A stretch of 64,000 bases of DNA, from the NCBI GenBank assembly GCA_963754945.1, contig CAVWIG010000017.1:96001-160000 (forward strand). Reading direction: 5' to 3'. Shown piece by piece: positions 40,942-52,397 of the stretch. The notes beneath the pieces were generated by a model. It saw only the letters and a program-made list of their open reading frames with translations, made no database searches and had not been told where the DNA came from. A program made the translations under genes and the position numbers. Each line of letters starts with the position of its first letter. Position 1 is the first letter of the stretch. This stretch comes from Methanotrichaceae archaeon (GTDB lineage: Archaea > Halobacteriota > Methanosarcinia > Methanotrichales > Methanotrichaceae).

Positions 40942-41505
40942 GATTAAACCACGATCGGCTATTCTGTAGAACCTGGAGCGTAAAGGTCCCCGGGTAATGA
41001 GGTCAGAAGTGTATTTATAAAAATTACGAGGCTTCCAAGCTGGCCTCGACTTTTGTATATTGAGCTATGTATAACCAATAGGAATTGCACATACATGCCG
41101 GGGCCCAGCAAGTATGCCAGAGTTAGGCCAATGTTTATTGATCTGAGTTAGCTGTTAGGCGGTCGTCATTCGACCCAATGTAAGACATCTCTTATGATGC
41201 ACCACCTTTGCGACTTATTCTCTGTGTTTTCTCCCAGCACCCAGTATTTGTATTTTTTATCAAGCGATCCGTATTCCTCTTCCATCTTGAGCCAATAGTC
41301 AAGAAACATTAAGGATGCATCATCGCAATTCTTGGATACGACATAAACACACATAATCTTATACGTGTCAGCAGGCTGCAAGATCGCTACTTTATAGAAA
41401 GGATGGAGAAGGGTCAGAGATGTTCCTGTTTCGGCTGTTGTCAGAAGGACATCGGCGTTTGTCAGATTGAAGAACTGATTGGGGTGGTCCAGGGGAATTA
41501 CTTTA

Positions 41506-42790
41506 GAGAGTTTCGAAAAACTAATCAATCGAAATACTTATATACTATTAATACTATAATATAATGCATGAGGACTCTCATTGATTTTGCCATTCGAGCA
41601 GAATATGCTCGAGTAAAAGCCCTCGGAGATGATCTATCCGAGATCGGATCGTTGATCAATTGGGAGCGTTTCAGATTTTTGGAACCATTGATATACAAAA
41701 ATAAAACTAGCCGCGGAGGTCGTCCGAACATTGACATCGTGATTATGGTGAAAGCTCTCGTAATTCAGCATTGGTTTGGTCTAACAGATCCAGAACTGGA
41801 GCGACAGGTTGCGGATAGGATCTCTTTTCGTATTTTCCTTGGCACCACTGAAGTAATTCCTGATTTCAGCACAGTTTGGCTATTCCGTGAACGTTTGATT
41901 AAGTGCGACGTATACGATGATCTTTGGAATGAGCTTCAAAGGCAGCTCGATGAGATGGGGTTTACTGTAAAGAATGGCACTATCCAGGATGCAACCTTCA
42001 TAACTTCGGACCCAGGTCGGAAGAGGAACAAGAAAGACGAGCAAGGCGGGGACAAAAAGGAAGGTCAAGATTCCGAAGCCACCAGTACGAGCCTGAATCA
42101 GGAGTTTGATAAAGAGCTAATTGGTATTTCAAATAATATTATTGATGACAAGGCCAAACCACAGAGACTCGAAGAAGAGCCAATAAATGAGGGAAGTTGG
42201 GCAAAAAAGGGTGTCAAATCCTTTTTCGGATATAAAGGTCATATCTCAATCGATACCAATTACCACCTTATCAGATATTTTGAGACTACAACTGCTTCTG
42301 TACACGATAGTCAGGTAGATCTTGGAATTGAAGGGCTACCACGTTACGCCGATAAGGGATATGATGGTGCAAAAACTCGAGGATATGATGCAGCCATGAA
42401 AAAAGCTACAAGAGGTCACAAGCTTGGAATCATAGATCTTCTGAGGAATAAGAGAATCAGTAAAACGCGATCGCACATCGAAAGATGCTTCGCTGTTATG
42501 AAGCGGGGGCATAAGGGAGCACATGTTTATGTAACAACTGTCGCAAGAGCTGGAGTAAAATTCATGATGAATTCGGTCGTTTACAACCTGGAACAGTTGA
42601 AATATTTAGTGCATAAACAAACAGCCTAGCGGAAGCTCTCTAAAAAAGCGCAAAAATTAGAAACAACAAGGTAAATTGAAATCTAATAAGCCAATTTAGG
42701 GGTGAAATATGCTAAAAAACCACTATAAAGATTGAAAATATTAACGCAAGAATTTAAGGCTTCATTAACCAACACTAAATCGAAACCCTC
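41506..42790 (+). mobile_element. IS5-family element, copy 3
   Basis: Same TIRs; 4-bp target duplication TTTA. Confidence 0.95.
41568..42629 (+). CDS. IS5-family DDE transposase
   Basis: Translation identical to copies 2 and 4. Confidence 0.93.
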   Translation: MRTLIDFAIRAEYARVKALGDDLSEIGSLINWERFRFLEPLIYKNKTSRGGRPNIDIVIMVKALVIQHWFGLTDPELERQVADRISFRIFLGTTEVIPDFSTVWLFRERLIKCDVYDDLWNELQRQLDEMGFTVKNGTIQDATFITSDPGRKRNKKDEQGGDKKEGQDSEATSTSLNQEFDKELIGISNNIIDDKAKPQRLEEEPINEGSWAKKGVKSFFGYKGHISIDTNYHLIRYFETTTASVHDSQVDLGIEGLPRYADKGYDGAKTRGYDAAMKKATRGHKLGIIDLLRNKRISKTRSHIERCFAVMKRGHKGAHVYVTTVARAGVKFMMNSVVYNLEQLKYLVHKQTA

Positions 42791-44889
42791 TTTAGCCTGG
42801 GGGAAGATGGTGCCAACAGCCTTGTAATATTCTGACCCCGCGGCGATGGCGATCTTAAGGTCTTTCATCTTTACAACATTATCAAGCTTCTCGAAGTCAT
42901 TTTTTCTGTAATCCTCGGTTACTAAGGCTAGATGAAGGTCAATATAGGGTGATGTAAACCTGCCCATTCCTATCATTCCCGGAACCAGAGGTACACCGGC
43001 CATAATTATGTCACAGCTACCGTTGTTGACCGAGTCGTACTCAGTTCTCCGATTTACTGGCACGAATTCTATCCTGGATACATTCAGGATCTCTGCCAGA
43101 TCATAGGCCATATGGATATCATAGCCTACTAGCTCGCCGTATTTATTTAAGAAGGCAAAAGGCATGATATCCGGAACATATCCAACCCGCAGGACATTTC
43201 TGCTCTTAATCTTCGCCATTAGGTTGCCGTTTTCCAGGGCATTCGGTTTATATGGAACTCTAGGGACATCAGAGAAGTTTTTGTAGACCTTAGTCTCGAC
43301 GATCTGATCGATACTCTTTCCATTGGTGTCCAAGGGCATCTTCATGCTCAAAATGGTCTCATACCCCTGTGAAGAATTACCCAGCATAGTGGCGAACCAC
43401 AGCCTGAGTCCAAGGACAACAGAAGATAGAATCACAAGCACTATAATTATCGAGAAAAGAGCCCTCCTAAATCTTAGCCCGCCGCACCCTGTGAGGAAAG
43501 CTGTGCAGATGGTGGAGAAGGAAAAGATGGCCATGCATGTCAGAGATGTGGCGAAGTAAATGGTGAACGGGTTGGATATGATAAATAGCTGCATAGCATC
43601 TGAAGGTAGATGGGTCATTTGAAGAAGGAATTGAAGGGCTAGCTTGGAGGAGCCAAAGAAGCTGGGCACACCAACCACAGCTAGATTGACCTGATCTTTA
43701 AGCCCAAGTGGATTGTTGTAGTACCAGCCTGTGAACAGAACAAATAGCAGGACCATGAAATCCCCCATTGGCGGAAAGCTGTAGGCTAGAGGGACTAAAA
43801 CTCCGCTGTACGACCTAGCCTTCTCCTCGGTCCGAGGCTCCTTAAACAGGTTAGCAACGCCCTCTGATAATAAGGGCAAAGTGATGAAGACCAGGGCTGT
43901 GGAAAATGCCAGTATGACCGCTTTATTTGCAGCCGAAAGTATTTCTCTATAACCAAAGGGGGTAAGGCTGTACACTAACAGAGGTAGAACAAGAAGAATC
44001 AATAAAACTGAAAGAACTACTGCGGATATTAAGTAGACCTGGATTTGAAGGAGCTGCGTTAAGGTGATGGATCCTGTCGTGTTTGCCGTGATAACAAAAA
44101 TGCCCAAGGGAGCGATCTTTATCAGCAGGTTAGTTATTTTAGAGAGAGTAGAAGAGAGACCTTTAAGCAGTTCAACAAAAGGCTTGTTCCTTTCATCCCC
44201 AATTAAGGCAAATCCGATCAACAGGCAGAATAGAACGATGCCCGGCATGAGCCCTTCCGAAAGGGATTTGAACGGGTTGGATGGAATGAAAAGTTCGATA
44301 AGATCGGTCCCATTTGCAGTCGAGAGCTGAGTGGTGCTGAAAAAAGAGGTGTTTTGCACATAGGGAAATGCGAACTGCATGAAGGAGAAGATTGCCACTC
44401 CTAAAGACCACATCATCAGCATGATCAATGCTGCTTTTTTGAGGAATTCCTTAGCATCAGCCTGATTAATGCTGCCGATACCTGTGATAATAAAGATCAC
44501 GACTGAAGGTAAGACAGTAACCTGCATCAGCTTGATGAAGGTCGTCCCTATGGGAGCCAGAATATGAGCTCTTTCCCCAAAGAACAGTCCGCAGATGGCT
44601 CCTGCGATGAGGCTTGCGAAGACCTGTGCTGCAAAGCTTAGCTTGGGTGAATCCATCTTGCTGCCTCAGAATGTCTTATCTCAAGACGAATTGCTTGCAA
44701 CCTTCGCCCCACTCAGGGAAGGCGCCGGACACATCTAATATTTAGTTACAATAGACCTGCCAGCTAACGAATCCAGATTGCAATAAGGTCTACTAGTTCA
44801 GTCGAGATCATTGCTCAATGAATATTGAGTTTACGGTCCCCCCAAAAAAGCCATACTCATAAGTTCTGGAAGCCTAGTGCACCATAACA

Positions 44890-46157
44890 TTAATTTTGCA
44901 AATTAATATAATGCCTGTTTAGCTTTAATCTTGCATCATTCTTCGTGAATTTCCATCTTACAGTAGTTTTTTTTGCGTTACGTTCTTGTGCCCACACCGA
45001 AGCCTCTTTGGTTAAAGTATCGATGTCTCCAATCCGACGATCGAGGCATTGCTTCGATAGGGCTGAGAGTTCTATCTCAGCCATGTTGAGCCAGCTACCT
45101 TTCTTTGGCGTATAATAATATTCGAACTCCTTAGCCAGCTCAAACGCCTCTTCAGGCGCAAAAGCATTATAAAATGAGCCTGAAGTATGCGTATTGAGAT
45201 TATCCTGGACCAATCGAATGGATTCTACACCTGGATATTGCTGGGTAAGTTCTTTCATGAAATGGGCGTAGTCCACCCTTGTCCTGTGCTCCATGACACG
45301 AATCATTCTTTTTCCTGCATGAAGATCAAAAGCAATAAGGATGCAACATGTCCCGTTACGGACGTATTCATAATGCACCTTCTTCGGACTGCCTGGTTTC
45401 ATGGGTATAGGCACTAAGACATCGCCTATCAGTTGGCATGGCCTCTCGTCGAAACAAACCACAGGATGCCTCGGATCATATGGTTGCTCGTACAGAGTTA
45501 ATACATTTTCCATGTTCCAGATATATTCGCTCGTCATGCTCCCTATGCACCATCGCTGTTTGAGCCATGGCTTTATTTTTATCGTAATACCCCGATGCTT
45601 GCATCGGGGATAAAGGGCATCCGTGTCCGACTTAGGAATTGATCAGATCGATTTAGTATCAACTTCATGCGGCGGCGCCTCGCATGCCCCGCCTGCTTGC
45701 AGCGGGGTGCGCCGCCGCCGTTTGACTTCATTTTTTTTAACGCTCTGCAAACGCTCATTCCTGAGATCGAGTCCACTTCCCCCAGCTCAACAAGCTTGTC
45801 GGCCAATAGATTCAGCGTCCATCTCGATCTGCCTTCAGGCGGATCTGAGCAAGCAATGCCGGTCAGTTTAGCCTCAACTCGTGCATCTATCTTCGGAGGC
45901 GCTCCACTGCGAGATCTTTCATTCAATGCAGATTCCAGGCCACCCTCGAAATATCTATTTCTTATCCTCACTATTGTCGTTCTGCTCGCCTTCAATGCAT
46001 CAATGATCTCCGCATCGGATTGCCCTCCATCGGCCAGGAGCAGTATTCTTGCGCGAGTTAAACTCCTTGCAGACGACTTCCCACGACGGATGTACTGGTT
46101 CAACTCTTCTCGTTCTTTCTCTTCCAGTTTCACACAGAATATTGTTTTTCTTGCCAC
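44890..46157 (-). pseudogene. IS630 transposase (OrfA/OrfB joined by an A8 slippery site), interrupted
   Basis: HTH OrfA (RARILL, GRSRWT), DDE OrfB (FDE, QDNL, SWLNMAE); LKKNEIKPW restored after removing 45577-45726 and a -1 shift. Confidence 0.88.
45577..45726 (-). mobile_element. Non-autonomous palindromic IS200/IS605-derived element B (150 bp)
   Basis: GTCAA end, two CCCCG-..GCAAGC..-CGGGG hairpins, ATAAA target, no duplication. Confidence 0.85.
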
Positions 46158-46309
46158 GATCTATATTCTAGACCTTTTATAAGATTTAAAACTTGCGTTA
46201 TGGTGCACTAGGGGATAACTTAGTAGCGATCAGGCATGCTGCCCAATACAAAGCAGGTCTGATTAATGCCGCCGCCATAAAGCTGTATACGAGTTATAAA
46301 GAAGGCGAG

Positions 46310-46708
46310 ATGATTCAGATCCTGGCTAGCACTGATTATCATGCCTGCTGCAACGCTTTACATAAACTCGTCCCGCACATGCGTCATAAAGGGTTGCTGA
46401 GAGAAGGAATGATAGGCAATGCTCATTCTATCCTAGTCGATACCAAGGAAGCGCTTGATGCCATGACGGAAGTCTTGGTAAGGAACCCCGCGCTGACACT
46501 CTGCGATGAGATCTCATGCGTATGGTGCAGGGAACTGGAGCGAAATTTGGAGCTTTACGATTCAATAGAAGACCCAAAGATATTTCAGGGCAACGTGATT
46601 CTAAGGGAACTCTTGAAGATGATCAATGCTCGCCGCATGAGTGGTTCAGATAATGCAGAGAGGGTTATGGGCATAGTCAAGAGAGCATACCGTATTTGGC
46701 AGGCGTGA
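46310..46708 (+). CDS. Hypothetical protein
   Basis: Open frame beyond the IS630 end; start uncertain. Confidence 0.5.
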   Translation: MIQILASTDYHACCNALHKLVPHMRHKGLLREGMIGNAHSILVDTKEALDAMTEVLVRNPALTLCDEISCVWCRELERNLELYDSIEDPKIFQGNVILRELLKMINARRMSGSDNAERVMGIVKRAYRIWQA

Positions 46709-46946
46709 TGCGAAAATTATATGTGCCGGCTGTGGTGCCGGAGTAGCTCTGCAGATGTGGTGGACCTTCAACGCCGCAGGTTCAGTTTGTGGTTGAGGTG
46801 GGCCCTTGACGAACATCTCATTCGGGGCTAACGGGGCTTTGAATGACTTGGTATGAAGAGGGACAGAGGGAGAAATTCGAAGTCCATACTAAAGGCTGAA
46901 CGGTTTGGAGGATTAAAGGGCAAGCTGGACGCGGACTTGTACCGTA

Positions 46947-47510
46947 CTATATCGGCATCCCCCACATGGGATACCACTTAGCTTCATCCTTTTCGATTGG
47001 CAGCTCTCTAGCCATCACCGACTTCAGCCTGAACTCTAAGGATGTGTTCCTCTGCTGGTTGCCGCTAGGCACGAATGGATAGTATGAGCCAAGCTTGAAA
47101 TTGTAAATCCAGTAAACGGTATTCTCGCCCTTGAAGCGGTATACAGCGGCTAAAAGTTGGGTGCCGAATCCCTGCTCCATCAGGATCTGGCTCACCATCT
47201 GGATGTTCGTAACCAGGTCGTCGAAGTCCTTGTCCTTCAGAACTACCCAGACGTAGTTGAACTCGTCCTTCTGGATACTGTACTCGGTTCCTGTCTCCTT
47301 GAAGCTGAGCTTTAGGAGATCCTCGACTTCAGCACGAGCTGCTTCGTATCTGGACGAATCCATTGGCTTGATGCACACCGCTGCTGCGCCATCGGGCCGC
47401 AGGCCCAGGTTTGCCTCAAGAGTTATGGCAGCGGTTGAAATGGCAAAGAGCTTATCCGTCTTTGCCTCGGGCAGCTTGGTCTTTCCGAGGATTGAGTCGA
47501 GGAAGCCCAT
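46947..47510 (-). CDS. PspA-associated (PspAB-like) conserved protein
   Basis: MGFLD.ILG, LFAI..A..TL, GFG.QLL, YNFK.G.YYPF.P, W.P.WG.P; abuts htpX. Confidence 0.75.
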   Translation of the reverse strand: MGFLDSILGKTKLPEAKTDKLFAISTAAITLEANLGLRPDGAAAVCIKPMDSSRYEAARAEVEDLLKLSFKETGTEYSIQKDEFNYVWVVLKDKDFDDLVTNIQMVSQILMEQGFGTQLLAAVYRFKGENTVYWIYNFKLGSYYPFVPSGNQQRNTSLEFRLKSVMARELPIEKDEAKWYPMWGMPI

Positions 47511-47511
47511 C

Positions 47512-48393
47512 TCAGGCCTCCAGCTCCTTCTCTAACCGCTCCAGGGCTGCGATCCTGGCCTCCGTCGATGGATGGGTGGAGAACAGGTTCCAGACGGAAG
47601 AGCCTGAGATGGCAGGCACTATGAATAGAGCCCTGACAGGTCCTTCCACCTTTCGCAGGTCCTGGGTCGGTACTTTGTAGCCGCTTATCTTCATCAGTGC
47701 CGAAGCCAGATTGGATGGCTGACCTGTGATTATGGCCGAGCCCCTGTCAGCCGCAAACTCGCGGTACCTGGACAGAGCCATTATGAGGATGTAGCTAACT
47801 ATCCAGACCACCAGGGAGACCAGGAACATGACTATGAAGCTGTCTCCCCCGTTCCTGTCGCGCTGGTTTCCTCCACCGAAGAAAGGCAGCCACCGAACCA
47901 GGAGCATGGCCACCGAGGACAGGAAGGTTGCTATGGTCATCACCATCATATCCCTGTTCTTCACGTGGGTCAGCTCATGGGCCAGAACAGCCTCAAGCTC
48001 ACTTCTGTTGAGCTGATTCATTATGCCGGTTGTAACCGCCACCACGGCGTTTTTCTGATTCCGGCCTGTAGCGAAGGCATTGGGCATGCTGGTGTTCACT
48101 ATTGCGATCTTCGGCATGGGCAGGTTGGCTATGGCGCACAGCCTCGACACAATCTGGTGAAGCTCAGGAGCCTCGCTCTCCGAGACCATCTTGGCTCCCA
48201 TGGACATCAGGATCATCTTATCCGAAAAGAAGTACTGCAGGAACATGAATCCGCCCATGAACAGGACTATCCCCACACTGCCGGTACCCCTGGCCAACAA
48301 GAAAGCCAGAAACGCCAGATAGATCACTGCCAGGAGTATCATGGTAATGAACATCCTGGCCTCAAGCCCAAGATCGGATTTCCATTTTCTCAT
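47512..48393 (-). CDS. htpX: Membrane zinc protease HtpX (M48)
   Basis: PNAFATG, AHELTH, SRYREFAAD, STHP. Confidence 0.93.
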   Translation of the reverse strand: MRKWKSDLGLEARMFITMILLAVIYLAFLAFLLARGTGSVGIVLFMGGFMFLQYFFSDKMILMSMGAKMVSESEAPELHQIVSRLCAIANLPMPKIAIVNTSMPNAFATGRNQKNAVVAVTTGIMNQLNRSELEAVLAHELTHVKNRDMMVMTIATFLSSVAMLLVRWLPFFGGGNQRDRNGGDSFIVMFLVSLVVWIVSYILIMALSRYREFAADRGSAIITGQPSNLASALMKISGYKVPTQDLRKVEGPVRALFIVPAISGSSVWNLFSTHPSTEARIAALERLEKELEA

Positions 48394-48748
48394 ATATTCT
48401 TAACACCTTTAATTTCTGCTAAGCTATCTCTTCTAATCCTTAGTTACGTCTCTTATCGGGTCCTTTCTCTTATGACGTTATTAGGTAAGACGTTTCTAGG
48501 ATATTATCTTTCTCGCTAACTGTTGTAGTACAGGCAATGTAACTCATCTTTCAGAACCACTTGACTGCCTCGTTGACTTGGTCTTCAATCAATGCATACA
48601 ATGCATACGGTTGCTCGAAAGGTCCTCCAAGAGCAATGTGGAGAAGGGATGAAATAAAATAGTTGAAGATAAAATATTTGAAGATACAGAGATAATAGTA
48701 GATAGCTCTAAAAGTAACGCAAAATCAAAATCATTTGAGGCGGTATAA

Positions 48749-49183
48749 ATGGTACAGGCAAAGGAAGGAGACACTGTAAAGGTCCACTACACGGGCAAGT
48801 TTAAGAACGGCACAGCCTTTGACTCATCCGCTGGAGCAGACCCACTGGAGTTCAAAATAGGGTCTGGCCGTCTGATCCCTGGTTTCGAAGAGGCTGTAGT
48901 AGGTATGAGCCCCGGAGAATCCAAGACAGCGAACATCCCGGCAGAGAAGGGCTACGGGCGATATCAAGAGGACCGCGTAATAAATGTAGACCGAACGGAC
49001 ATGCCTCCGGAAGTCGAGCCTGAGATTGGCATGACCCTGGAGGTCTGCGGCCCTAAAGGACAGGTGATTCCCGTTGAGGTCACCGATATCCAAGGCACAA
49101 CGGTTACCCTGGATGCCAACCATCCCCTGGCCGAGCAGGACCTGATATTTGATATTCAGCTTATCGAAATTGTCTCCGAATAA
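48749..49183 (+). CDS. FKBP-type (SlyD-like) peptidyl-prolyl isomerase
   Basis: VHYTG, FDSS, LIPGFEEA, LDANHPLA. Confidence 0.92.
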   Translation: MVQAKEGDTVKVHYTGKFKNGTAFDSSAGADPLEFKIGSGRLIPGFEEAVVGMSPGESKTANIPAEKGYGRYQEDRVINVDRTDMPPEVEPEIGMTLEVCGPKGQVIPVEVTDIQGTTVTLDANHPLAEQDLIFDIQLIEIVSE

Positions 49184-49487
49184 CAAAGCAATTGATATAA
49201 GCAATTAAAATAAACCCTTCTGAGGTAGTATCAGAAGGGTGACTCAAATTCTTTCATAGCGGCCTCACTGGCATCTATGATTGGGAACTCTTCTTTTCTT
49301 GTTCCGGGCAATTTTGGCTTGCTTTTGCTGGCTATATTGAAGGTTAAGCTCAGCATTAATCTCGGAAAGGCTGGATGGATGATTATGTCAAAGGGGAGTG
49401 TGCGACGTTTGCCCATTTCCATTTTTCGAGTCTAATCGCACCTTGAAGACGTGAGTACAGCCTTAATAGAATTGCAAAGGATGCAAT

Positions 49488-49733
49488 TCACTGGACTTTT
49501 TTCAAGTCTTCCTTCATCTGCATGTACTGCTCTCTGGTCAGCTCTCCCTTTGCATACCTCTCAGCCAGAATATTCTCTGCACCTGCGCCTCTGCTGGGCG
49601 CTAAGATCCTCTCGCTTTTGATCAGCTTGTAGACAAAATATGCTACCACTATCAGGAATATCAGCCAAATTAAACCCATCCCGAATCCCATGAAAGGATA
49701 CGAGCCCATGTGATAATACGGCATTTTGCTCAC
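49488..49733 (-). CDS. SHOCT-domain membrane protein
   Basis: TM helix then ILAERYAKGELTREQY. Confidence 0.8.
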   Translation of the reverse strand: MSKMPYYHMGSYPFMGFGMGLIWLIFLIVVAYFVYKLIKSERILAPSRGAGAENILAERYAKGELTREQYMQMKEDLKKVQ

Positions 49734-50009
49734 CTCTTAATCTGAGTTTTCAAAGGATCTTATAGGTGCTAAAACGATATAAGGACGTGGTACGGGCCTT
49801 CAAGTATCGCTTGTTGCTTTTCTCAAAGGGACTCAAATTCGTTCGTAGCGGCCGATCCGAGCAGAGGCGATAAAATGGGTAGAATATGAACACTGGTTTG
49901 ATGAGCCACCATTTCCGGCTTTGTGACATTAATGGGCAGGAAGATTCAAGGCTAGAGCGGTTGGTTGATCTCAGGGGCATCGTATTCGTAGAACGAAAAG
50001 ATAAGTATC

Positions 50010-50312
50010 CTAATCCTCCACGCAGTTGACAATCGCAATATATACTTTAACGAGATTGGCATCCTTAACAATCACGAAAGAGTCATCAAGCGTTATCCTA
50101 AGACTATCCTCGGTTTCACGACTTATTTTAAATCCCTCTGCGTGAAGCGATCCTTTGAATCCAGCGAGCTTGTTTGCTCGCATTAATATATCAAGTGGCC
50201 CCAACAATCTCTTATCTTTGAGTGTTATGGCTTGCCCGGTGCTGGGATTCTCGATTTCAATGCATCCATTTGGCAGATCTTCAATAATTAAGTCCTCGCC
50301 AATATTGTTCAA
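50010..50312 (-). CDS. Hypothetical protein
   Basis: 100-aa ORF with GGAGG RBS and TTG start. Confidence 0.5.
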   Translation of the reverse strand: MNNIGEDLIIEDLPNGCIEIENPSTGQAITLKDKRLLGPLDILMRANKLAGFKGSLHAEGFKISRETEDSLRITLDDSFVIVKDANLVKVYIAIVNCVED

Positions 50313-50750
50313 TCTTCCTCCCCGTATAATTCAATTAATCTCTGTGGGATGAGATAATAACTTTTCTCAATGCCCAAAGGATGCCGAAAACTAAACGATC
50401 AATTCTAGCTGAATATTCATCCTCGCACGTAATCTTAATTTTGCCCATCTGACAAATTATGCTGATAATAAGGATACATTTAAGCGGAAGCTCTGTAGTA
50501 TTCTCATAGTCTATGGATGAATGATTTTAGCAAAAAACACCCTGCGTGCATGCAACCTGCAAGAATTCACCCGCTTTTTTCGGCTATTACTTGATAGGCC
50601 ATAATCGCTTCTGGCAACTGGCCATCACATTACTTTGTGGAATGACTTATCTGACAATTATCCGTTATCGATTGGTCCGTATTGGCCAAAACTAAATGCG
50701 CTGTGGAACCTGGAGCTAAACCCATGCTCACGGCATCAAACAATAAATAA

Positions 50751-52035
50751 GAGAGTTTCGAAAAACTAATCAATCGAAATACTTATATACTATTAATACT
50801 ATAATATAATGCATGAGGACTCTCATTGATTTTGCCATTCGAGCAGAATATGCTCGAGTAAAAGCCCTCGGAGATGATCTATCCGAGATCGGATCGTTGA
50901 TCAATTGGGAGCGTTTCAGATTTTTGGAACCATTGATATACAAAAATAAAACTAGCCGCGGAGGTCGTCCGAACATTGACATCGTGATTATGGTGAAAGC
51001 TCTCGTAATTCAGCATTGGTTTGGTCTAACAGATCCAGAACTGGAGCGACAGGTTGCGGATAGGATCTCTTTTCGTATTTTCCTTGGCACCACTGAAGTA
51101 ATTCCTGATTTCAGCACAGTTTGGCTATTCCGTGAACGTTTGATTAAGTGCGACGTATACGATGATCTTTGGAATGAGCTTCAAAGGCAGCTCGATGAGA
51201 TGGGGTTTACTGTAAAGAATGGCACTATCCAGGATGCAACCTTCATAACTTCGGACCCAGGTCGGAAGAGGAACAAGAAAGACGAGCAAGGCGGGGACAA
51301 AAAGGAAGGTCAAGATTCCGAAGCCACCAGTACGAGCCTGAATCAGGAGTTTGATAAAGAGCTAATTGGTATTTCAAATAATATTATTGATGACAAGGCC
51401 AAACCACAGAGACTCGAAGAAGAGCCAATAAATGAGGGAAGTTGGGCAAAAAAGGGTGTCAAATCCTTTTTCGGATATAAAGGTCATATCTCAATCGATA
51501 CCAATTACCACCTTATCAGATATTTTGAGACTACAACTGCTTCTGTACACGATAGTCAGGTAGATCTTGGAATTGAAGGGCTACCACGTTACGCCGATAA
51601 GGGATATGATGGTGCAAAAACTCGAGGATATGATGCAGCCATGAAAAAAGCTACAAGAGGTCACAAGCTTGGAATCATAGATCTTCTGAGGAATAAGAGA
51701 ATCAGTAAAACGCGATCGCACATCGAAAGATGCTTCGCTGTTATGAAGCGGGGGCATAAGGGAGCACATGTTTATGTAACAACTGTCGCAAGAGCTGGAG
51801 TAAAATTCATGATGAATTCGGTCGTTTACAACCTGGAACAGTTGAAATATTTAGTGCATAAACAAACAGCCTAGCGGAAGCTCTCTAAAAAAGCGCAAAA
51901 ATTAGAAACAACAAGGTAAATTGAAATCTAATAAGCCAATTTAGGGGTGAAATATGCTAAAAAACCACTATAAAGATTGAAAATATTAACGCAAGAATTT
52001 AAGGCTTCATTAACCAACACTAAATCGAAACCCTC
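50751..52035 (+). mobile_element. IS5-family element, copy 4
   Basis: Same TIRs; flanks ATAA / ATAG differ at one base. Confidence 0.95.
50813..51874 (+). CDS. IS5-family DDE transposase
   Basis: Translation identical to copies 2 and 3. Confidence 0.93.
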   Translation: MRTLIDFAIRAEYARVKALGDDLSEIGSLINWERFRFLEPLIYKNKTSRGGRPNIDIVIMVKALVIQHWFGLTDPELERQVADRISFRIFLGTTEVIPDFSTVWLFRERLIKCDVYDDLWNELQRQLDEMGFTVKNGTIQDATFITSDPGRKRNKKDEQGGDKKEGQDSEATSTSLNQEFDKELIGISNNIIDDKAKPQRLEEEPINEGSWAKKGVKSFFGYKGHISIDTNYHLIRYFETTTASVHDSQVDLGIEGLPRYADKGYDGAKTRGYDAAMKKATRGHKLGIIDLLRNKRISKTRSHIERCFAVMKRGHKGAHVYVTTVARAGVKFMMNSVVYNLEQLKYLVHKQTA

Positions 52036-52397
52036 ATAGATGTTTCCCTTTAAGGAGTTCATATGGCATTTTGACAGAACTTCTAGTTATATGCATTAAT
52101 TATACAACATTCGAAATTAAAGCTTATCGCCTGTGCCTCGGCCTTCAATTGGCCAGAATTTAATAGGTCATTTAATAGGTCGAATCTACTTCTACGTACT
52201 TTATGCGGGAGACAGGCCGCCAAAAAATTGACATTGATGAAGTCGAGAAACAGATTCGACTATTGGAGATGATGTCATTGCACGCAGAAAATGGCCCATT
52301 TCCATTTCGGGCTATCTGCCCAATTAGGGCTTCGTGCAGTTCTGCACTAGGCCTAAGCAGATTGTTTTTTGCATTGATTGCCTTTCTAATTTGGCCT

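Larger units (their letters stand above)
41166..44656 (-). pseudogene. Dicarboxylate/amino acid:cation symporter fused to a substrate-binding domain, interrupted by IS5 copy 3
   Basis: DAACS-type membrane domain (IPSNPF, AFST...TLP) plus LRVG...PF...GYDI.MA domain; IFPQAK|VIPLDHP rejoins in frame without the IS. Confidence 0.85.
44877..46208 (-). mobile_element. IS630-family element carrying a nested 150-bp insertion
   Basis: TIRs GTGCACCATAAC, TA duplication (44875-44876, 46209-46210). Confidence 0.92.

Noticed and set aside
42683-42790. C-terminus EGFDLVLVNEAL...AY of the 657-aa ORF
   Set aside because: Read-through into IS5 DNA; the true C-terminus lies at 41166-41505
48400-48530. Heat-shock repressor box upstream of htpX
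   Set aside because: Only weak, mismatched CTAA-N-TTAG-like matches; not supportable by eye
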